Of a stretch of DNA of 37,155 bases, positions 25,053 to 34,282 are shown piece after piece. The notes beneath the pieces are model-generated. The model saw only the letters and a program-made list of their open reading frames with translations. It did not search any database and was not told the DNA's origin. The translations under genes and the position numbers were made by a program. Origin of the DNA: a virus (Duplodnaviria; Caudoviricetes); IMG/VR virus record IMGVR_UViG_3300021963_010582, positions 1 through 37,155 of that record; one strand, given 5' to 3'. Position 1 is the first letter of the stretch. Each line of letters starts with the position of its first letter.

Positions 25053-27317
25053 CTAGCGAGCCAACCGGTAAACCATGGCTTGGCGAGTTGCTGACCCACG
25101 CATGCTGGTGGTCACGTCACCGCTTTCGATCAGGGTCTGGATGATGTCGTCGCGGTCCCTGGATTTGAGCCACTGCGTGCCGCGCGTCAGCTCGGACTTG
25201 GTGATCCCTTTGGTGCCGGCAGCCCTGATCACCTCACGCAGCCGTTTCAGATGGGCCTCTGTTTCGGTGTCAGCGACATGGCGCTCGACGGCCTCCATGG
25301 CCCGTTTGGCATAGTGCCGCACAAAGGCGATGGCCCAGTCCGCATCGTCGATCGTGATAACCGGCGCGGCAGGATCGTGGCCCACGGCAACGATCAGCGC
25401 CAGCTTCAGCGCAATTTCGCCAATACGGGCCAGGATGGCGGTGAAGGCTGTGCCCGCAGCTGCCCGCAATTCGCCCGTAAGCTCCTCGCTCAGCGCCTTG
25501 AAGCGATCACGGGCCTCATCGGTCATCGGCACTGTGGTGAGCACCACAGTGGTTTGAGGCCCTGACGTAGCGCCCACAAGATTGCCGCGTTGCTGCCCGG
25601 GGCCCGAAGCCAGCAGCTGGAGGCCCGTGATCAGATCGGGCGGCGGGGTGCGAAGTCCGACGGCCACGTTCTCATCGGGGTAGTCTTCATCACTGGGCAG
25701 GATCAGAAAGCGGGCGAGCGAGCCGTCAACCACGTTGGCGCCCTGCAGTGCACCCCAGAAATGCAGCGGGGTCGTCGTACCGTAAACGCACAGGCAGGGC
25801 TGGACGATGTCGCGCCGCTCGTTGGTGCCATCGCGATTGGCATATTCCGCACCAAGGAAGATCCCGCCGGCCGAGGTGTAGAGCTCGGTCATGTTATCGA
25901 GGATCTCGGTGATATGGCGTGGGCTGCGTTTGCGATCTGCGGCCGCCGACAGGAACATCCCGAACTCGTCGATCTGGAACAGGATCGCCGGCTGACGGTG
26001 CAAGGCGGTCAGCAGCCCGGCCCCGGACGCGATTTTGTTGCCGCCGAGATGGTTGGCAAGGCCAGCCTCGAACAGCACCTCGTTGATGATCTCGCGCGAA
26101 TGGTTCTTGCCCGATCCGCTGTCCGCAATGCCTACAACATAGAGGTTGGAGCGCAGGTTGCTCTCCGTGCGGTAAAGCCGCCCCATAAGCGCGCCGATCG
26201 CGCAAAGGCTGGCGCCCAGCGACAACAGCGGCTGGGGACGACGAGCGGTCGACAGCATGTAATCGGTCAGCTTGCCGACGAGCCCGCCCGGGATCGTCAG
26301 ATTGAAGTTTGCCGGCGTAGTCACTGCTTCGGCCTCCGCCGTCACATCGAGCCGGGCTAGCAGGCCAGAGGCAGGATGGCACTCGTCGATAGGTTGGCTG
26401 CCATCCAGCACCATACCGGGATCGGGCTTCCAGCCGCGTTCCATCGCCAGATGGTAGATCGTGCCTGCGCCGATGCGTTCCGGACGGAAACTGCCCCAGG
26501 CCTTCTCAGTGATGGCCGGGTCGTTCTTCGATGCCTGATCAGACCAGTCCGTGAAGACGTCCTTGCCGGCTTCACCAAGGCTGCCCTTGATGGCCAGCCC
26601 GATCCTGACCCAGCTGTCATAGTCGAGATCGGTGTTGGGGATGTGGCCCAGCGCAGAGCACACAGCTTCGATCGTCCCGGTCTGGGCGTGACCCGAGACG
26701 GAAGCGCCCGCAACCGTGAGTTTGGCCAGACTTGCCGGTCGCAATTCTGTGGGAACCAGCTCAAGGGCTTCTTCCATAAAGGCCGCGGCCATGTCGGCAT
26801 CGATAACCGGCAGGCTTTCCAGGTCGAGTTCGGCCAGACCTTCTTCCGGCCACGCATAGGGCTGACCGGTATCGGGATGGTTGGCGTAAGCGACGAACTG
26901 CTGACCGAGACACAGCACTTCAAGCGGCGCCCGGCGAATACCCCGGAACGGCGCACGGGTGCGATAGACGAGCAGGCGCTTGGGTGCCCGCCCGATCCGT
27001 AGTGCCGGGGTATCGCCGAGCCTGGCGCGTGCCAGCTGCTCAATCTGCAGCGCAAGGTCGGGATCGGTAAGGATGTCGATATCAATCGCCGCAACTGCCC
27101 CGGCCACCACGCCAATGGCGCAGTCGGGCCATGTCGACCAGGTTGCGACTTCGACCTCCGTCGTCGGCCGTTCCGCGTGCCGGTTCCATTCCGGATAATC
27201 GACCCAACCGCCGCGCTGATAGCGGCCCGGCTTCTTATGGCCGGGCGCGATGGGCAGGATCGTATAACCATTGGCAAGGAGGCGCGAGCCAAGCTGCGCC
27301 ATGTAGGACTGGGACAT
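25053..27317 (-). CDS. Primase-polymerase (Prim-Pol + PriCT_2) fused to a DUF3987-like helicase
   Basis: Start MSQSYM at 27317. AIDID, HPDTG.PY.W, YDSWVRIGLAIK...WS, Walker A DSGSGKN, Walker B IDEFG. Confidence 0.9.
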   Translation of the reverse strand: MSQSYMAQLGSRLLANGYTILPIAPGHKKPGRYQRGGWVDYPEWNRHAERPTTEVEVATWSTWPDCAIGVVAGAVAAIDIDILTDPDLALQIEQLARARLGDTPALRIGRAPKRLLVYRTRAPFRGIRRAPLEVLCLGQQFVAYANHPDTGQPYAWPEEGLAELDLESLPVIDADMAAAFMEEALELVPTELRPASLAKLTVAGASVSGHAQTGTIEAVCSALGHIPNTDLDYDSWVRIGLAIKGSLGEAGKDVFTDWSDQASKNDPAITEKAWGSFRPERIGAGTIYHLAMERGWKPDPGMVLDGSQPIDECHPASGLLARLDVTAEAEAVTTPANFNLTIPGGLVGKLTDYMLSTARRPQPLLSLGASLCAIGALMGRLYRTESNLRSNLYVVGIADSGSGKNHSREIINEVLFEAGLANHLGGNKIASGAGLLTALHRQPAILFQIDEFGMFLSAAADRKRSPRHITEILDNMTELYTSAGGIFLGAEYANRDGTNERRDIVQPCLCVYGTTTPLHFWGALQGANVVDGSLARFLILPSDEDYPDENVAVGLRTPPPDLITGLQLLASGPGQQRGNLVGATSGPQTTVVLTTVPMTDEARDRFKALSEELTGELRAAAGTAFTAILARIGEIALKLALIVAVGHDPAAPVITIDDADWAIAFVRHYAKRAMEAVERHVADTETEAHLKRLREVIRAAGTKGITKSELTRGTQWLKSRDRDDIIQTLIESGDVTTSMRGSATRQAMVYRLAR

Positions 27318-27679
27318 CAGAACGGGCACTCCGACATGTCGGCAGCGAGCTCGCGCAGGTGGTCGCAGTAGCCCGTGATCAGATGCTCGACGAAACCTGC
27401 CCACTCGGCGTCGCTAAGGGTTGCAAGGTCGGTCTTGCCGATCTGCTCGAGGAAACGGCCACCAGCCTGGCCGCCTTTGACCATTGCGGCCTGTTCGTTG
27501 CGACTCGCGCTGATCATGCCCTGCCTCCGGTGACAGAGGTCCTGGCAGACGCGGCTGCAAAGATACTTCCGGCTTTCGTCCCGGCGGGGATCGGAGACCC
27601 GGTAGTACGGGATGAACCAGCCGAAGCCGCGGGGCTCGCGATGGCAGACCGAGCAGAGCCCGGGGTTGGCGTATGACAT
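27317..27679 (-). CDS. DUF6511-like protein with N-terminal Cys motif
   Basis: Start MSYANPG at 27679. CSVC...CSRVCQ then GGRFLEQIGKTDLATLS..EW. Confidence 0.7.
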   Translation of the reverse strand: MSYANPGLCSVCHREPRGFGWFIPYYRVSDPRRDESRKYLCSRVCQDLCHRRQGMISASRNEQAAMVKGGQAGGRFLEQIGKTDLATLSDAEWAGFVEHLITGYCDHLRELAADMSECPF

Positions 27680-29259
27680 GTGTCGAACCTGGCGTTGGTG
27701 ATTTCGGTGTAGTTGCCCGACGGGCGCACGGAGATGTGGCTGGGACGGCGCAGGCGGTTGGTCAGCGCCAAGGCCGCATCGACTGAACGGGGGACCGGAA
27801 CCCCGGGTGCGCGCTCGCGCCACCACATTTCAGCCTTCGAGCGGGGATAGCCCGTGTGCTCCAGGCAGATCCATTCGGTATGGCGAGCGAGGCCGCACTG
27901 GTAGGTCACCTTCAGAGAGGGACGGCCACCTTGCTTGTCATGCCGGTGGTAGGTCACATCGTTGACCTGTAGCCATTCCGGGCGCCGGGCCTTTGCCGAC
28001 GAAAGGACAGCCAGCGTAGACGCCGTGGGGGCCACCTTCACCTTGCGGGCCGGGAAGATGAAGCCGCAGTCGGGGCATTCGAGAGCGGCGGCCGCTACGA
28101 TGCTGTCGCAATCCGGACAGACCTTGACCGGCGCATCGCCATCACCCGAGCCCGGGCGTTTCGGTTTGACGAGGTCGATGGGGCCGTGACGTTTCACGTT
28201 GCCGGCGAAGTCCAGGACGAGACAATCCTGTTTGCCCGAGGCGAGCCGCGTTCCGCGACCTGCCATCTGGACGTAAAGGCCTGCCGACTTGGTCGGGCGC
28301 AGCATGGCGATCAGATCCACGGCCGGAGCATTGAAGCCCGTCGTCAGCACTCCCATCGACGCCAAGGCCCGGATCTTGCCGGCCTTGAAGTCGGCAATGA
28401 TGCGGTCGCGCTCGTCCTTGGGCGTGTCGCCGAAGATGGTGGCGCAGCTGATCCCGCGACGGCGGAACTCTTCGGCAACGTGGGTCGCGTGACTGACACC
28501 CGAACAAAAGGCGAGCCATGACTTCCGGTCCTTGCCGTAGGCGATGATCTCCTCAACGGCGGCGCTGGTGATTACGTCCTTGTCGACCGCCTTCTGCAGG
28601 TCACTGGCAATGAATTCACCGCCGCGCGAACCAACCCCGGTCACGTCAAGCTTGGTGTCGGGCTGCTTGGATACCAGCGGGCTAAGATACCCGTCCTCGA
28701 TGAGATCCCTGACTGATACCTCGTAAGCAATGTCGCTGAACAGGGCATTGTTACCTTCGTGAAGCATGCCGGAGTCCAGGCGGTAGGGAGTTGCCGTCAG
28801 CCCGATGACCTTCACCTTCGGGTTCATGCGCTGCATCTTGTCCAGGAAGCGGCGATACATCGTGTTTTCTTTGCCCGGGATGAGATGGGCCTCGTCGATC
28901 AGGATGAGATCGCAGTGGCCGATTTCAGCCGGCCGGCGGTGGATCGACTGGATGCCCGCGAACAGGATGCGCGCTTCAACATCGCGGCGCCCAAGCCCAG
29001 CTGAATAGATGCCGGCGGGTGCTTCGGGCCACAGACCCAGCATCTCAGCATGGTTCTGGGCGATCAGCTCGCGGACATGGGTGACGATCAGGATGCGCTG
29101 GTCGGGCCATGCCTTGAGCACCCCGTCGATGAACGAGGCCATGACCAGACTTTTGCCGCCAGCGGTCGGGATGACCACCAGGGGGTTGCCGTTCTTGTCT
29201 TCGAAATAGCTGTAGATCGCGGCGATTGCCGACTGCTGGTAGGGGCGGAGCTTAAGCAT
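27514..29259 (-). CDS. SF2 DEAH helicase (YejH/RadD-like) with zinc ribbon
   Basis: LRPYQ, PTAGGKS, DEAH, TATP, QMAGRGTR and CPDC...CPDC. Confidence 0.95.
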   Translation of the reverse strand: MLKLRPYQQSAIAAIYSYFEDKNGNPLVVIPTAGGKSLVMASFIDGVLKAWPDQRILIVTHVRELIAQNHAEMLGLWPEAPAGIYSAGLGRRDVEARILFAGIQSIHRRPAEIGHCDLILIDEAHLIPGKENTMYRRFLDKMQRMNPKVKVIGLTATPYRLDSGMLHEGNNALFSDIAYEVSVRDLIEDGYLSPLVSKQPDTKLDVTGVGSRGGEFIASDLQKAVDKDVITSAAVEEIIAYGKDRKSWLAFCSGVSHATHVAEEFRRRGISCATIFGDTPKDERDRIIADFKAGKIRALASMGVLTTGFNAPAVDLIAMLRPTKSAGLYVQMAGRGTRLASGKQDCLVLDFAGNVKRHGPIDLVKPKRPGSGDGDAPVKVCPDCDSIVAAAALECPDCGFIFPARKVKVAPTASTLAVLSSAKARRPEWLQVNDVTYHRHDKQGGRPSLKVTYQCGLARHTEWICLEHTGYPRSKAEMWWRERAPGVPVPRSVDAALALTNRLRRPSHISVRPSGNYTEITNARFDTCHTPTPGSARSAIASPAASAGSSRTTGSPIPAGTKAGSIFAAASARTSVTGGRA

Positions 29260-30196
29260 TTGCGTCCTCCTTCTGGCGGGCGTCGTTCAGCCAGTCGGAG
29301 CCGTCGGCCATGCGGTAGGCGACGAAGTCCTCACCGGCGTCGGTGACGGTTCCGGGCACGAGATCGGGGATGAAGAGGTGGCGGGCACAGGCGCGGCGCT
29401 GGTCCCGGGCATCGAGCTTGCGATCGTGGCGAGCACAGTGCCAACCACCATCCACGGGCGTCGAATGCAGACAGGTCCGGCAGTTCAGGGCCGCAGCTTC
29501 ACCGGTGTGACAGGCAGCATGATGGGAGCACATGCGGCACTCGAACCAGGTCGGATCGTCGCTGATCCGGGCGGGTGGATGCTGGCCCTCGATGATGCGC
29601 TGGGCCTTATCGAGTAGCCGGGTTGCCTCGGCAGGATCGGCCTCGATCCGCTCGATATGCAGGGCATCGGTATCCTTGCAGACCGCAACATACATGGCGC
29701 GGGTCAGCCCGATGAGATGCATGTAGATCTGCATCTGGGCGGCATGCTGGGGCTTCGATTTCTCGACGCCCTTGGCAACGAGGTCGGCAAAGCTCTTGAC
29801 CGAGTGGGTCTTGAACTCGACCACGTGCCAGGTATTCGGCGCTTCAAGCAGCCCAAGCGCAGCGCCATCAAGCGAACCGCCAAAGTGACCACCATGGGCT
29901 TCAACCCGGAACTGGCGGCCCGTCTCCGGGTCGACCTCCAATACGGTGGCGCCGGTCGCACGCAGATTGGCCACGATCCGGTCTTCCTCGCGCTGCCCCG
30001 TTTCGAACAGACGAAGCATGCGGCCGGAAAAGCGGGATACGGTGACCCAGCGAAAATCGAACCAGAGGGCCCGAGAACACGGCTTGCCGATCAGCGAAGC
30101 ACCAAGATGCTCGCGGAAGCCATCACCTTGGCGCCCTTCATAGGCCGCGTAGATTGCCGTCAGGGTAGGCGTTGGCGGGGTGGGAAGTTCTGCCAT
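29252..30196 (-). CDS. Cas4-like PD-(D/E)XK exonuclease
   Basis: HLGASLIG.PC.R.LW, GSLDG, VEFKT, QMQIYM and C-terminal CRMC...C...CRTC cysteines. Confidence 0.88.
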   Translation of the reverse strand: MAELPTPPTPTLTAIYAAYEGRQGDGFREHLGASLIGKPCSRALWFDFRWVTVSRFSGRMLRLFETGQREEDRIVANLRATGATVLEVDPETGRQFRVEAHGGHFGGSLDGAALGLLEAPNTWHVVEFKTHSVKSFADLVAKGVEKSKPQHAAQMQIYMHLIGLTRAMYVAVCKDTDALHIERIEADPAEATRLLDKAQRIIEGQHPPARISDDPTWFECRMCSHHAACHTGEAAALNCRTCLHSTPVDGGWHCARHDRKLDARDQRRACARHLFIPDLVPGTVTDAGEDFVAYRMADGSDWLNDARQKEDANA

Positions 30197-30558
30197 TACA
30201 GATCCTCCGCTTCGCTGCTGGCCCGCGCTTCTGCGACCAGCTCAGCCCAGACTTTGGGATCGTGACGGGCGCGCAGGATCTCGATCAGTGCGTCCTTCAT
30301 CTTGTTGCGGCGGTGCCAGCCACTGCCATCGGCGAGCAGTTCGGCACGCTCGCGGTAAAGGTGGCGCTGGGCGGTCCGGGCGCGGTTGAACCACACAGGG
30401 TCAATCGGTTTGCCCTGTGTCTGGCGGGTCAGATCGGCGGTCGCGATCTGGGTGCGGATCTTGGCGATCGCGTCGTCGAGTTCGATCAGGCGGCGCTGTT
30501 TTTCAGGCAAGCCGGGGGTGTCCGCGGCCGCAGGGGCCGCGTTGGTCATGTCAGTCAT
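30196..30558 (-). CDS. Hypothetical coiled-coil protein
   Basis: 120 aa helical protein, translationally coupled to the exonuclease. Confidence 0.75.
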   Translation of the reverse strand: MTDMTNAAPAAADTPGLPEKQRRLIELDDAIAKIRTQIATADLTRQTQGKPIDPVWFNRARTAQRHLYRERAELLADGSGWHRRNKMKDALIEILRARHDPKVWAELVAEARASSEAEDL

Positions 30559-30580
30559 GGTCAGTCTCTTGTCTGGCTGA

Positions 30581-30606
30581 GGCTGCCGCGACTTCCCGCG
30601 GCAGCC
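30581..30606. repeat. Perfect 10-bp hairpin after the DUF669 gene
   Basis: GGCTGCCGCG-ACTTCC-CGCGGCAGCC, no U tract. Confidence 0.65.
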
Positions 30607-30613
30607 CGCAGGA

Positions 30614-31099
30614 TCAGGTGTTACGGTTCCACGGAGCTGCGGCCGGCGGCGCTGCCGACTGCGGGGTCGCGGTTGCAGGCTGATGCGCAGCCGGCGCGGT
30701 CTTGTCCGGGACGAGGTAGCGGATAGTATTCTTCTCCGAATACCCGTCCTTGGGCGGCTTCACGCCGACCTGGATCGACATCGGCACCAGGTGCAGATCG
30801 ACGCTGTCATTGACCTGCAGCTTGCCAGTCGCATGGCAGATGGCCGACAGGGTGCGCTGCGCGATCTCGACCGTCTGCGGGTTCGAGTTCACGAGGTTCA
30901 GCTGGTCGAACAGCTTGCGGCCCTGGTACGGCCCTTCGATGATGTCGAGCATCAGCCAGAGAAACTGGCCCATGCCGTTGCGGGTCACGCGCATCTCGCT
31001 CTCGACGATCTGGGCGCGGTACTTGCCGGCGGGAACTACATCGTAGCCGGTCGTGGGATCGATGCCTGTTGCATCGAAGGCGGTGTCAAAACGTGCCAT
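30614..31099 (-). CDS. DUF669-family protein (SSB-like)
   Basis: PAGKY.A.I..SE...T.NG.G, GRKLFDQLNL, C-terminal PW tail, next to the AAA_24 ATPase. Confidence 0.85.
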   Translation of the reverse strand: MARFDTAFDATGIDPTTGYDVVPAGKYRAQIVESEMRVTRNGMGQFLWLMLDIIEGPYQGRKLFDQLNLVNSNPQTVEIAQRTLSAICHATGKLQVNDSVDLHLVPMSIQVGVKPPKDGYSEKNTIRYLVPDKTAPAAHQPATATPQSAAPPAAAPWNRNT

Positions 31100-31114
31100 T
31101 GGGAAAACTCCGGA

Positions 31115-31867
31115 TCAGGGCTGTTCGGGCTGAGGCATGGCCGCGACGAAGGCTTTCCAATCGAGCGGAAGCGTGTCGGGCAGGCCGTAGCGGTTCTTTG
31201 CGAGGAAGGCCGGGCGTTCGGCGGTGTGCAGGACGCGCTCACCGGAGCCGAGTGCCCGAGCTACCTTCTTGTTAAAGCCAACGTCGGCCTTCGCGATGGA
31301 CATGCGGTAGTTGGCAAAAAGCACGACATCGCAGTGCTCTTGCAGCAGGGCCGCAGCGCGGGCCTGAAGCTTGATGACGTAGCGGTCGTAGGGCTCATGC
31401 TCGGGGCTATCGAAGCGCTTGATGTCGGTATGCGCGATCTGGACGACAGCCATGCCGCGACGATCACGAAGCGTGTTCAGGCGATCGAGATATTCGCGCC
31501 AGACCGTAAGCGCCTCAGCATAGCCCTTACCGAAGCCAGGGGCTTCGATCGATGCCCAGCCGTTGCGGCGGCAGGTCTCAGCCCAGACCAGCGGTTCAAG
31601 CCAGTCCACACTGTCAATGACCACCGTGCTATAAGCGTGCTCTTCGTTGAGCAGAGCGTCGAGCGCGTCAACGACGTCGGCATAGCTGGTGGCAAGCGGG
31701 AAGTGCGGCACCTTCAGCATGCCAAGACCGTCCTCGGTCATGATCACGACGGGGGCATCGGCACCGGCAGCGAATGTCGTCTTACCGACGCCGTGCACGC
31801 CATGCATCAAAATGCGGGGCGGACGCAGCGTGCTCGACGTCTGCAGGGAGGCAAGCGAGATAGCCAT
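31115..31867 (-). CDS. AAA_24 / Sak4-like ATPase (single-strand annealing)
   Basis: HGVHGVGKTT, TVVIDSVDWLE, GFGKGY and AKNRYGLP motifs. Confidence 0.9.
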   Translation of the reverse strand: MAISLASLQTSSTLRPPRILMHGVHGVGKTTFAAGADAPVVIMTEDGLGMLKVPHFPLATSYADVVDALDALLNEEHAYSTVVIDSVDWLEPLVWAETCRRNGWASIEAPGFGKGYAEALTVWREYLDRLNTLRDRRGMAVVQIAHTDIKRFDSPEHEPYDRYVIKLQARAAALLQEHCDVVLFANYRMSIAKADVGFNKKVARALGSGERVLHTAERPAFLAKNRYGLPDTLPLDWKAFVAAMPQPEQP

Positions 31868-32175
31868 CAGCTCGCACTCTCCTTGAGGGCTGACTTCACA
31901 GCCGGGTCGATACCGATGGCGCCGGCTTCGCGGGCCATCTTATAAAGGCGCTTCAGTGCCGAGGCGCGGTTGGAGGCGGCGATGCTTTCCTGGTCGGCTG
32001 CGACTATGGCAAAGGCAATGTCGTCAACGGTTGCGTCTTCGAGCGGCAGCGGATCATCGCTTTCGCGTGCCGGGTGCTTCGGAAAGGTGACCGCATCAGG
32101 CAGGTCTTCAAGGGCGTAGTGGGCTTTGCGCAGACGCGCGATCGGGTTCGGGAACAACATGGCGAGACCTCTCAT
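31867..32175 (-). CDS. Hypothetical phage protein
   Basis: 102 aa with ATVDDIAFA segment, coupled to its neighbours. Confidence 0.7.
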   Translation of the reverse strand: MRGLAMLFPNPIARLRKAHYALEDLPDAVTFPKHPARESDDPLPLEDATVDDIAFAIVAADQESIAASNRASALKRLYKMAREAGAIGIDPAVKSALKESAS

Positions 32176-32375
32176 TCGGGGAATTCGCTGGCCTGATCAT
32201 CGACCTCAGGCTCGCTGGAATAGACAGCCAACAGCGGGGTGCCGTCGGCGTGGTTGCCGGCTTCTTCGATGTGATACCGGCGCTGGACCTCGAAGATTTC
32301 CGGCAACTCCCAGCGACGATAAAGGCCGGGGATCCGCTTCAGAGGCTCAGTCGGGATGGCAGTCGTATCGCTCAT
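32172..32375 (-). CDS. Small hypothetical phage protein
   Basis: Likely start MSDTT at 32375. IPGLYRRWELPEI...DGTPLLAVY. Confidence 0.65.
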   Translation of the reverse strand: MSDTTAIPTEPLKRIPGLYRRWELPEIFEVQRRYHIEEAGNHADGTPLLAVYSSEPEVDDQASEFPE

Positions 32376-32459
32376 CAACTGGGACTTCCTTGTTTTGGAA
32401 GACGCTCGGTGCGTCCGAAGTTGAAAAGCCAACCAGGCACACCGAGCGGGACAATGGGT

Positions 32460-33182
32460 TCAGGATTTTTCTTCGGCGTGTTCGCGAAGGCGCTTGAGGG
32501 CGCGCTGAAACCGCTTGCGGGCAGCCGGTTCCGAAAGGCCGATTTCCTTGCCGGCCTCGGCTTGCGTGTAGCCATCGATCACCACGCGCAGGACAAGTTC
32601 GGCATCCACCCCGATGAGGCTGGTCAGCTCCTCCAGCAGCCGTTCAGGCGACAGGTCAGGATCAACGAAGTCGGCGATGCCGCCGTGCAGATCAGGGTCG
32701 AACTCGTCCTGAACGAGTTGACGCCTGGTTTCGCGATTGTGCGCACGCAGCACATCGCGTTCGACGTTCTGAAGGATCGTCGCAGCAACCCAATTTACGC
32801 GATTGAGGTCCAGTTCACGGATCGCGGCCGTCGCGCGGGCCAGGATTTCAGACGCGATCTCGTCGGTGCGCCCAAGGCGGCGAGCCCGTGACCGACGAAA
32901 GACGCCGTCAAGCCCAGGCCACAGCGCAAGAAGCATCAGCGTAAGGGCACAATCCCCCGCGCGGTCTTTTGCCTTGGCGCTCTGGATCAGACCGCCAAGG
33001 AGCAGGTTCTTCTGGTCGGGGGAGCCATCGCCGCGATGCAGGTGGTCCAGCAACGCCGCTGGATCCGCAAAGCCAGTCAATCCGCGGTGACAGGTACGCA
33101 CCGTGGCGAAACCGCGCTGGAAATTGAGGGTGGAAGACGATTGAACGAGGTGTTGGTGAAATTCGTGCCACGACGAGGGCAT
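32460..33182 (-). CDS. Sigma-70 region-4 type (ECF-like) transcription factor
   Basis: C-terminal HTH DGYTQAEAGKEIGLSEPAARKRFQRALKRLR and a region-2-like central helical segment. Confidence 0.8.
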   Translation of the reverse strand: MPSSWHEFHQHLVQSSSTLNFQRGFATVRTCHRGLTGFADPAALLDHLHRGDGSPDQKNLLLGGLIQSAKAKDRAGDCALTLMLLALWPGLDGVFRRSRARRLGRTDEIASEILARATAAIRELDLNRVNWVAATILQNVERDVLRAHNRETRRQLVQDEFDPDLHGGIADFVDPDLSPERLLEELTSLIGVDAELVLRVVIDGYTQAEAGKEIGLSEPAARKRFQRALKRLREHAEEKS

Positions 33183-33249
33183 TTGACGCCAGCCTGACGG
33201 CCGGGCGTCGAGCGCCTCCTACTGGCCAGATCAGGGCGTCAAGCGCCTC
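33183..33249 (-). promoter_or_regulatory. Tandem-repeat/hairpin translational control element upstream of the sigma-like gene
   Basis: GAGGCGCTYGACGCCC twice (33249-33234 and 33218-33203), AGGAGG at 33220-33215, and a 25-nt hairpin ending 2 nt before the ATG. Confidence 0.7.
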
Positions 33250-33285
33250 TCGTTTCGGGGATGTTCGGGTAAGTCTGTTGCTACG

Positions 33286-33612
33286 CTAGCAAGCGGACTT
33301 CTTGTTCAGGGTGCCGCAACCGTGGCAGTTCGCGGTAACCGGGAACCCAACCAGATATTCGCGGTGCTTCTGAACGCGGATGTGCAGCTGGTTTCCGTTA
33401 GCAACACCGAGGAGCTTGCCGCACTCGGTGCAGCGCCATTCAGGCTCGCCACCGGTCAGGCCACCACTAGTGACGGGCGCATTATCGCCCCCATCGTTAG
33501 CGGCGGAAAGGCGCCGGATCTTCTTGAGCCGGTAAGCACTCGTGTGCGGCTTTCCAGGGGCCGAAATCAGGGAAGTATTAGAAGGGTCAACATTCATAGT
33601 CGGGGACTCCAT
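33286..33612 (-). CDS. Com-like zinc-ribbon protein
   Basis: WRCTECGKLLG...CHGCGTLN matches the RCxxCxKLL...CxxC pattern of Mu Com-family proteins. Alternative start at 33597. Confidence 0.75.
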   Translation of the reverse strand: MESPTMNVDPSNTSLISAPGKPHTSAYRLKKIRRLSAANDGGDNAPVTSGGLTGGEPEWRCTECGKLLGVANGNQLHIRVQKHREYLVGFPVTANCHGCGTLNKKSAC

Positions 33613-33703
33613 TTGGGGGTTTTGAAGGGACGAGAACGGTGGTTCGGAAAAGCGCGTGCTTTCCCGTTGAGGCAGTTTTTAAAATGTGAGATTTCAGCGT
33701 GTG

Positions 33704-34222
33704 TTAGGAGGCTTCGCCGGCCTCAGCTTCCGCTCCGCGCCGTTTGAAGCCAAGACTGGCAGCCTTCTGACGGCTCTGGCGTGCTTGGTTACGGGCTTCG
33801 CGAAAGTCCGGTTCAAGTTCGGTGAGCTTGTCGACCAAGCCCTGCAAATCGTACATGTTCGACATGCGGCCCTTGTGGTCTGCATAGCGCGGAATGCGCT
33901 TGATCAGGCCTTCGTCCTCAAGATCCGTCAGGTAACGCTGGATTTGGCGTTCGCCGATGCCGAGCCGCTGAGACAACTCCTTTTTGCTCGGATAGGGCTT
34001 GCGTCCAGCATCCCACCAGTGATCCACGATCTGGATCAGCACCGCCAACTGTGTCGGGTTCAGGTGCAGACGGCGCTGCGCTCGCAGCAACAGGGACGGC
34101 AACATACAAAACCCACTATCCATGACCTTCGCGCCCCATTTCTGGCTAGCGGGGGACTTCCGGGACTTCTTCTCCGGTGCTACCTTCTCGGTCGTTATTT
34201 CGTCTTGATTCGTGTCAGTCAT
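33704..34222 (-). CDS. Winged helix-turn-helix DNA-binding protein (HTH_36/DnaD-N-like)
   Basis: Start MTDTNQ at 34222 with GGAG RBS. PYPSKKELSQRLGIGERQIQRYLTDLEDEGLIKR...SNMYDL. Confidence 0.8.
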   Translation of the reverse strand: MTDTNQDEITTEKVAPEKKSRKSPASQKWGAKVMDSGFCMLPSLLLRAQRRLHLNPTQLAVLIQIVDHWWDAGRKPYPSKKELSQRLGIGERQIQRYLTDLEDEGLIKRIPRYADHKGRMSNMYDLQGLVDKLTELEPDFREARNQARQSRQKAASLGFKRRGAEAEAGEAS

Positions 34223-34282
34223 TCGCAATCTCCATGCCCGATAAATGGGCTCGTTGAGTCGAATGCACAAGTGTCGACCCGG

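Noticed and set aside
29252-30196. Cas4-like nuclease as part of a CRISPR system
   Set aside because: No array or other cas genes. It sits in a standard Sak4/SSB/helicase recombination module.
33203-33249. Repeat pair as a mini-CRISPR or att core
   Set aside because: Only two 16-nt copies with a 15-nt spacer, and better explained as a translational control element.
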